Below, in pieces: positions 57,252-64,000 of a stretch of DNA of 64,000 bases. Under the pieces are notes generated by a model. The model worked only from the letters and a program-made list of their open reading frames with translations. It made no database searches and had not been told where the DNA came from. How positions within the stretch are numbered: the first letter of the stretch is position 1; each line of letters opens with the position of its first letter. A program made the position numbers and the translations under genes. The stretch is from Octopus bimaculoides (lineage: Eukaryota): assembly GCF_001194135.2 (NCBI RefSeq), contig NC_068982.1, positions 131,537,982 through 131,601,981 on the forward strand, in the 5' to 3' direction.

Positions 57252-57770
57252 CACAGGCCAACAAAAAGTTTTTTTTACTGTTGTCAAAACATTTGGACCT
57301 GATGTAGGTTTTTTTGAACACACAAAATCCGAAAATGACATCGATCTATTACCATCACATCAAGGTTTTAAGATACTGATCCATTGAATTTAATTTGTTT
57401 TCAATAAAACCGCTTACGAAGAATGAGACATAATATAGAAATTGTTTTTTCTTCGAAATCAGAATGTGTTCTTAAAATCCTACTGTAAAACTAATAAAAA
57501 ATTTTAAATTTCTATAAATTACACCATTGTTTATGCTTGATAACCTATGGATTTGCGTTCGGATGATTTTCTTGACTACTGAACCTCAGGAATATCACAA
57601 GCCAAGTTCTAGTAATAGTCACCATCTTATGCAAGTCCAATCTGCGTCGATGCCTTTGTTCCATTGATTTTATGGCCTAAACGAAAACGCTTTCCCTTCA
57701 ATATTTTCAGGTAATTTATCAAGGTGACTGTGGAGAAAGAGAGGCTTTATGCTCATTAAGTCTGAATGCT
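57252..57770 (-). mobile_element. Degraded DNA transposon 3' end, Chapaev3-like (CMC superfamily)
   Basis: Minus strand from 57756 reads MSIKPLFLHSHLDKLPENI, then after frameshifts GKRF..IKSMEQRHRRRLDLHKM.DYY*NL, matching the motif MSLK.HFLHSHLDFFP.NLG..SDE.GERFHQDI..ME.RYQG.W...M.ADYCW. CACAG terminus at 57252. The family name is from memory. Confidence 0.72.
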
Positions 57771-57904
57771 TTACAGATGAGACTAAACTGCGAATGCACT
57801 GCGATATGTATTCAAGACCGATGTAGAAAGAACAGAGGTATAATTAGTTCCATTGAGAGACGGTATCGGTAATAGTTTTCGCAATCTACGATACTTAGAC
57901 GACT

Positions 57905-57931
57905 TAAATCTATCTATCAAATTTCATATGC

Positions 57932-57993
<62 letters not shown>

Positions 57994-57995
57994 TG

Positions 57996-58079
<84 letters not shown>

Positions 58080-58105
58080 GGCTAGCTAGCTAGTTAGCTA
58101 GCTGT
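57905..58105. repeat. (TCTA)n array ending in (GCTA)n
   Basis: Read directly from the sequence. Confidence 0.97.
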
Positions 58106-58122
58106 ATATATACAAATATATA

Positions 58123-58469
58123 TACTCTTTTATTCTTTTACTCGTTTCAGTCATTTGACTGCGGCCATGCTGGAGCACCACTTTTAGTCAAACAAATCGA
58201 CCCCAGGACTTATTCTTTGTAAGCCTGGTACTTATTCTATCGGGCCTCTTTTGCCGAACTGCTAAGTTACGGGAACGTAAACACACCAGCATCGGTTGTC
58301 AAGTGATAGTGGTGGGAGGACAAACCCCCCCCACACACACACAAACACACAAATAAATATATACAACGGGCTTCTTTCAGTTTCCGTCTACCAAATCCAC
58401 TCACAAAGCTTCGGTCGGCTCGAGTGGTTGGTAAGCAAATTACTTACTACATAGCCAGTCCTGCACCTA
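58123..58469 (-). mobile_element. SINE family D (tRNA-like head aggtgcaggactggctatgtagtaag)
   Basis: Second copy at 46855. On the minus strand it contains gatagaataagtaccagg...ggggtcgatt, a block shared with family A. Confidence 0.88.
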
Positions 58470-58484
58470 TATATGTATTATTAT

Positions 58485-58572
58485 AATATAATATATTATA
58501 TTATATTATGTTAAGTTATATTATATTACATTATGTTATATTATATTATATTATATTATATTATATTATATA
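58485..58572. repeat. (TTATA)n pentanucleotide microsatellite
   Basis: Read directly from the sequence. Confidence 0.92.
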
Positions 58573-59527
58573 TTTATTGGTTTAGTTGATATTTTTTCTG
58601 CAGTCTCGAGTCGCATGTGCAAGTGTGCAAATATGTCAAAAGCTACATCCATCCATTTAAAATCTAGAATGAATAGTAACAAGCAAACAATAGCATTTTC
58701 TCATTATATCGTAACTGTAAGAATTAGAGGTTAGGTTGTTGGAATTAATGGTCCCTGGGAATTAAATGAATTTTCTTTTCCATCGTCTAACTGATTCATA
58801 TTTTTAGAATTATTCCGTTTGTAGAAATATTGTTCCATAAGGTAAGAATATAATCAATACCAAAACTGCTAAATTATTAATTACTAATCCTCCCAATGAT
58901 AAAATTTCACACTGTTTCGAAAATAGAACTGTTACAATTGATTATTCTCATAAGCACACATACAGTCGTATACACATATGAGCATGCACACACACATAAC
59001 ATACATATATACGTATGTGTATATATACAGTTACACATTCACACTCACATACATACACGTCTGCACATACACACATTCATAAAAACACTCCAACAGTTTA
59101 GCTAACAAAAGCTTATACATCTGTTGCAGACATGCAACAAATGTGAATGGAATGTGGACTCATATACATTAAAACAGAAATCCACATTTGTAATGATATG
59201 TGCGACCGTACGTAAATACATTCATTCATTCATTCATTCATGCATTCGTCCATCCATCCATCCATCCATCCATCCATCCATACATCCATACATACATACA
59301 TACATACACACATACATACATACTCCACCAGGCAGTTTTATTATTTGTTTACGCTTGCATGAAATTTAACTTTATGAAATAAAAGGAAAAGGGCTGATAA
59401 ATTTATATAATAATTTTATATAAGGTAGGGTCTCAGAGACATGAAATGCATTTCAAGAGTTCCCGAAGATTGGGAAATGCAGCCATTGGTGTCATAAAGC
59501 GTGGAACAACACTTTGGTTCCCATAAT

Positions 59528-59884
59528 GCAGCCGAGCTGGCAGAATCGTTAACACGCCGGGCGAAATGCTTAGCGGTATTTCGTCTGCTGCTACGTTCTG
59601 AGTTCAAATTCCGCCGAGGTCGACTTAGCCTTTCATCCATTCGGGGTCGATTAAATAAGTACCAGTTACGCACTGGGGTCGATGTAATCGACTTAATCCG
59701 TTTGTCTGTTCTTGTTTGTCCCCCTCTGTGTGTAGCCCCTTGTGGGCAATAAAGAATAAGAATCGTTAGCATGCCAGGTGAAATGCTTACAGGTAGTTCG
59801 CCGCCTTTACTTCCTGAGTTCAAATTCCGTTGAGGTCAGTTTTGTCTTTCATCCTTTCGGGGTCGATAAAATAAGTACCAGCAG
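59528..59884 (+). mobile_element. Two tandem or nested SINE family A copies (young 59528-59758; older, truncated 59759-59884)
   Basis: A near-consensus copy with tail type 1 is followed immediately by agaatcgttagcatgccagg...gagttcaaattcc...ggtcgataaaataagtaccag. Confidence 0.93.
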
Positions 59885-60440
59885 AACATTCTACTCCTGG
59901 GTAAGAGTATAAAAACTGCGTCCCTCATCCAAACCACGTCGAGCCAGCGTAGCAGAGCAGGCTCATCAAACCGGTGTAACCTCAAGCTATTCTCTGGTGT
60001 AGAGGATATGATGGAGCTTCGTCCTGCTGTGGACTGAGCATGGGCGATTTTAACTAGCCCAATGTAGTCCTAAATACACGGTGTCTCAAAAAGAAGGATG
60101 TGATGGCCAAGATCGGAGCGTCATTGATCAAATCACACTCGATTAGGATGGACCTAGTGCTAAACATCAACAACAAGAATGACCCATCAATTTCAACAAA
60201 CGACTTCAAAAACCAACACTTACGACCATAATGTTAGCTACGAAACACCTCTATTGACTTCTGATTTCAAAGAACCACAGCCGTCACTTTCAAGCGAGTA
60301 TGAAATGTTAACATGTCCTAGGCTTTCGCGAATTGTTTTAGGTACCTATTTAGTCACGAGAAATCGTAGACCCTCTCAGGCTTCATACCCTTGACCCAAT
60401 AGAACATCTAGAACGTGATGTCTTGAGAGGAGGGTTGCAT

Positions 60441-60590
60441 TCAGTTGGTATTATATTTCAGTTAAGTAGACGGAAGTAACGTAGAATGTAATACCCCATT
60501 CAAAGACATAATGCAGTGCCCAGACCAGAAATCGAATCCATGATCCTATCATCGTAAGCCCAATATGACAACCATTGGGCCACGCACCTT
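60441..60590 (-). mobile_element. SINE family B head, diverged
   Basis: The reverse complement reads ggtgcgtggcccaatggtt...ggattcgatttctggtctgggcactgcattatgtcttt...ttctacgttacttccgtctacttaactg. Confidence 0.7.
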
Positions 60591-62040
60591 AAAAAATTAA
60601 ATTTCCTGTATAAATAATGAAAAGTAATAGTAGACATCTAGAACAAGAAAAACAACATGAGCAGCACAATGGAACTAACTCCAGCAGTGCTGACTTCCCA
60701 TACAGGTAAAAATACTAAAGGTGGTTCAGCTGACTAGAAGAAAACAGTGTATTTAGTGAAGTGATATTATTACTACGATGACAACGACAAAGGCAGTCAG
60801 CCGATAGCAAGCTACGATCAATATCTTAAATATTCTTGGATTTTAGGCGCAGAACATAGCAGAAAACAATAGAAAGGCAAGTCTACAGTGGTAGGAGAAC
60901 AAATCTCTCTTTCTCAAGGCTCTCCATTCTTACCTTCTCTCTTTTATCCAATTCTTGTATATTTTCTACTCTGTCTATTCTTAGCTTCTTTACAATATGC
61001 AAGCCAATACGTTCGAACTGAGTTTTCGAATTTTATTGCTATTTCTACAACTGCTAGTGGCATAGAATCTACGTGAGCGTAACGAATATAGTTCATGATC
61101 CAGTCAACACACTGCCGCACCATTGCACGACAAAATCTTTTCTCCATTTATCGTCTTATAATCGATCGAATCTCTTCTACTTAAGCTATATTCCTTTATT
61201 TCCGTCTTAAGGCGAATATCAATGACGGAAACGTTCGATGTTTCAGTTCGTTTGAAGACGGCGCTGAAACGAAAAGGAATGGGGTGGAAAAAAAAAAGTA
61301 TCGTCAAAATCCGTATTTTTCACTAACAGTTTAATTGGTGTGTGGTGGGCAAGAAATGGATTGCTTTCAAGGATTAGATTTTATAAAATATAACTAATGT
61401 AATAAGCAAATACATCGCTGAAACTTTAAGAAAACAAACAATTTCTGGTGCAGTATATACATACATACATACATACATGCATACATACATACATACATAC
61501 ATGCATACATACATACATACATACATACATACATACATACATACATACATACATACATACATGCATCTCTCTCTCTCTATATGTATATGATGAATATACA
61601 TGCGCACTCGCATATGCGAACACACACACACATAGATATATATATACTCCACAAATAAATATAGTATGTGTATACATTATATATGTGCATAAACTCATAT
61701 ATGCACTTAATTTATACAATGTACACTTCTATATACATTTGGAAACTAGGAATTTTGTGTTGCATTACGTATGTGCATATGTGTGTGTATGTAACTAAGC
61801 ATGAGGAGCCTGTATGTATATATCCATCAAAGTATATACATTAAAGTGTATACGCATCGCGCAAAAGTTGCATAAGACTTAAATGTACATGTTTTTCCCC
61901 ACCCCCTGCTATAGAGACACCGGTCCCCATTTCTGGCAAACGAAAATTATCTCGCGAGGATTACTGTGTTAACGCCTGTCACGTTACCTTCCAAGTCTGA
62001 AATCTGGTCAGTTCGTACCAGGTCATAACACATAAAATCA

Positions 62041-62531
62041 GGATCATAATGATGATGATGATCATCATCATCATTATCATCATCATCCTCAACAGCAACA
62101 ACAATAACAACAACAGCAGCAGTAGCAGCAGCTGCAGCAACAGCAAAAGCAACAAGAAAATGTAATTTAATTATAAAGGCATTGATATTTTCAGCTGTCC
62201 ATTTTTAATATACTGGCTGATGTGTAGCTGATTAGGATCGTGTTATTGAACAAGATGACCAGTATAAAGAAGATGATGATGACGACGACGAGAAAGAAGA
62301 AGAAGAAGATGATGATGATGATGATGGTGGCGCGATGTTTATGAGCACGAGGATATGATGGCGGTGATAATGATGATGGTGATGGTGGTGATGAGGTAGT
62401 GGTGGTGATAGTTCAGGTAGTAACATTGGTGGGGGATAGTAGTGGCGTGTTGGATTTCGATAGTGATAGCGGTGGTGGTGGTGGTGGTTTTGGTGGTAGT
62501 CAAGCTGCAGCTGTTGCTGCTGCTGCTACTG

Positions 62532-62562
<31 letters not shown>

Positions 62563-62625
62563 AACTGCCGCTGCTGTTCAAAGTATTGTTGATACTGAAG
62601 TAGTCCGCTGCTGTTGCACATTCTG
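62041..62625. repeat. Mosaic of trinucleotide tracts (GAT/CAT, CAA/CAG, GAA, GGT, GCT/GTT)
   Basis: Read directly from the sequence. Confidence 0.9.
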
Positions 62626-62649
62626 TTTACAGTTCTCTGCTTGAAGAAA

Positions 62650-63860
<1,211 letters not shown>

Positions 63861-63890
63861 GATAGATTGATTGATAGACAAATAGACAGA

Positions 63891-64000
63891 TTCTTTTCTA
63901 CTCTAGGCTCAAGGCCCGAAGTTTTGGGGGAGAGGGGCTAGTTGATTAGATCAACCCCAGTACGCAGCTGGTACTTAATTTATCGACCCCGAAAGGATGA
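63891..64000 (-). mobile_element. SINE family A 3' half (tail type 2), cut by the window end
   Basis: ttcttttctactctaggctcaaggcc...ctggtacttaatttatcgaccccgaaaggatga. Confidence 0.92.

Noticed and set aside
59885-60420. Possible LINE 5' fragment
   Set aside because: Composition is suggestive, but no endonuclease or RT motif could be read convincingly.
62232-62644. PolyH/polyS/polyA ORFs as homopolymer protein exons
   Set aside because: The trinucleotide tracts are open in several frames on both strands, with no flanking coding signal or splice support.

Overview
Eukaryotic, AT-rich, almost entirely non-coding DNA from a fragmented short-read assembly: 20 N-gaps, nearly all bounded by (TA)n, (CA)n or (GA)n tracts. 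The microsatellite density and the tRNA-derived SINE families point to a coleoid cephalopod, probably Octopus. This is inferred from pattern recognition, not from a database search. I could not identify any host protein-coding gene, and every long ORF in the supplied track is a microsatellite or N-gap artefact. Well-supported content: (1) more than 20 SINE copies from at least three modular families, several with clear target-site duplications; (2) an intact 522-bp hAT MITE with a perfect 8-bp TSD; (3) a 443-bp internally deleted mariner with TIRs and the YSPD..SD catalytic end; (4) a degraded Chapaev3-like transposase 3' end; (5) weak Gypsy RNase H and RTE-like remnants; (6) two contig-end duplications that are assembly artefacts. 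The best leads are a 25-bp-stem pre-miRNA-like hairpin with neighbouring hairpins at 6.0-6.6 kb, a ~180-bp inverted-repeat pair at 45.4/46.1 kb, SINE head/tail shuffling, a strong strand bias of (GA)n tracts, and several unverified exon candidates. I see no convincing evidence of a new multi-gene biological system here.
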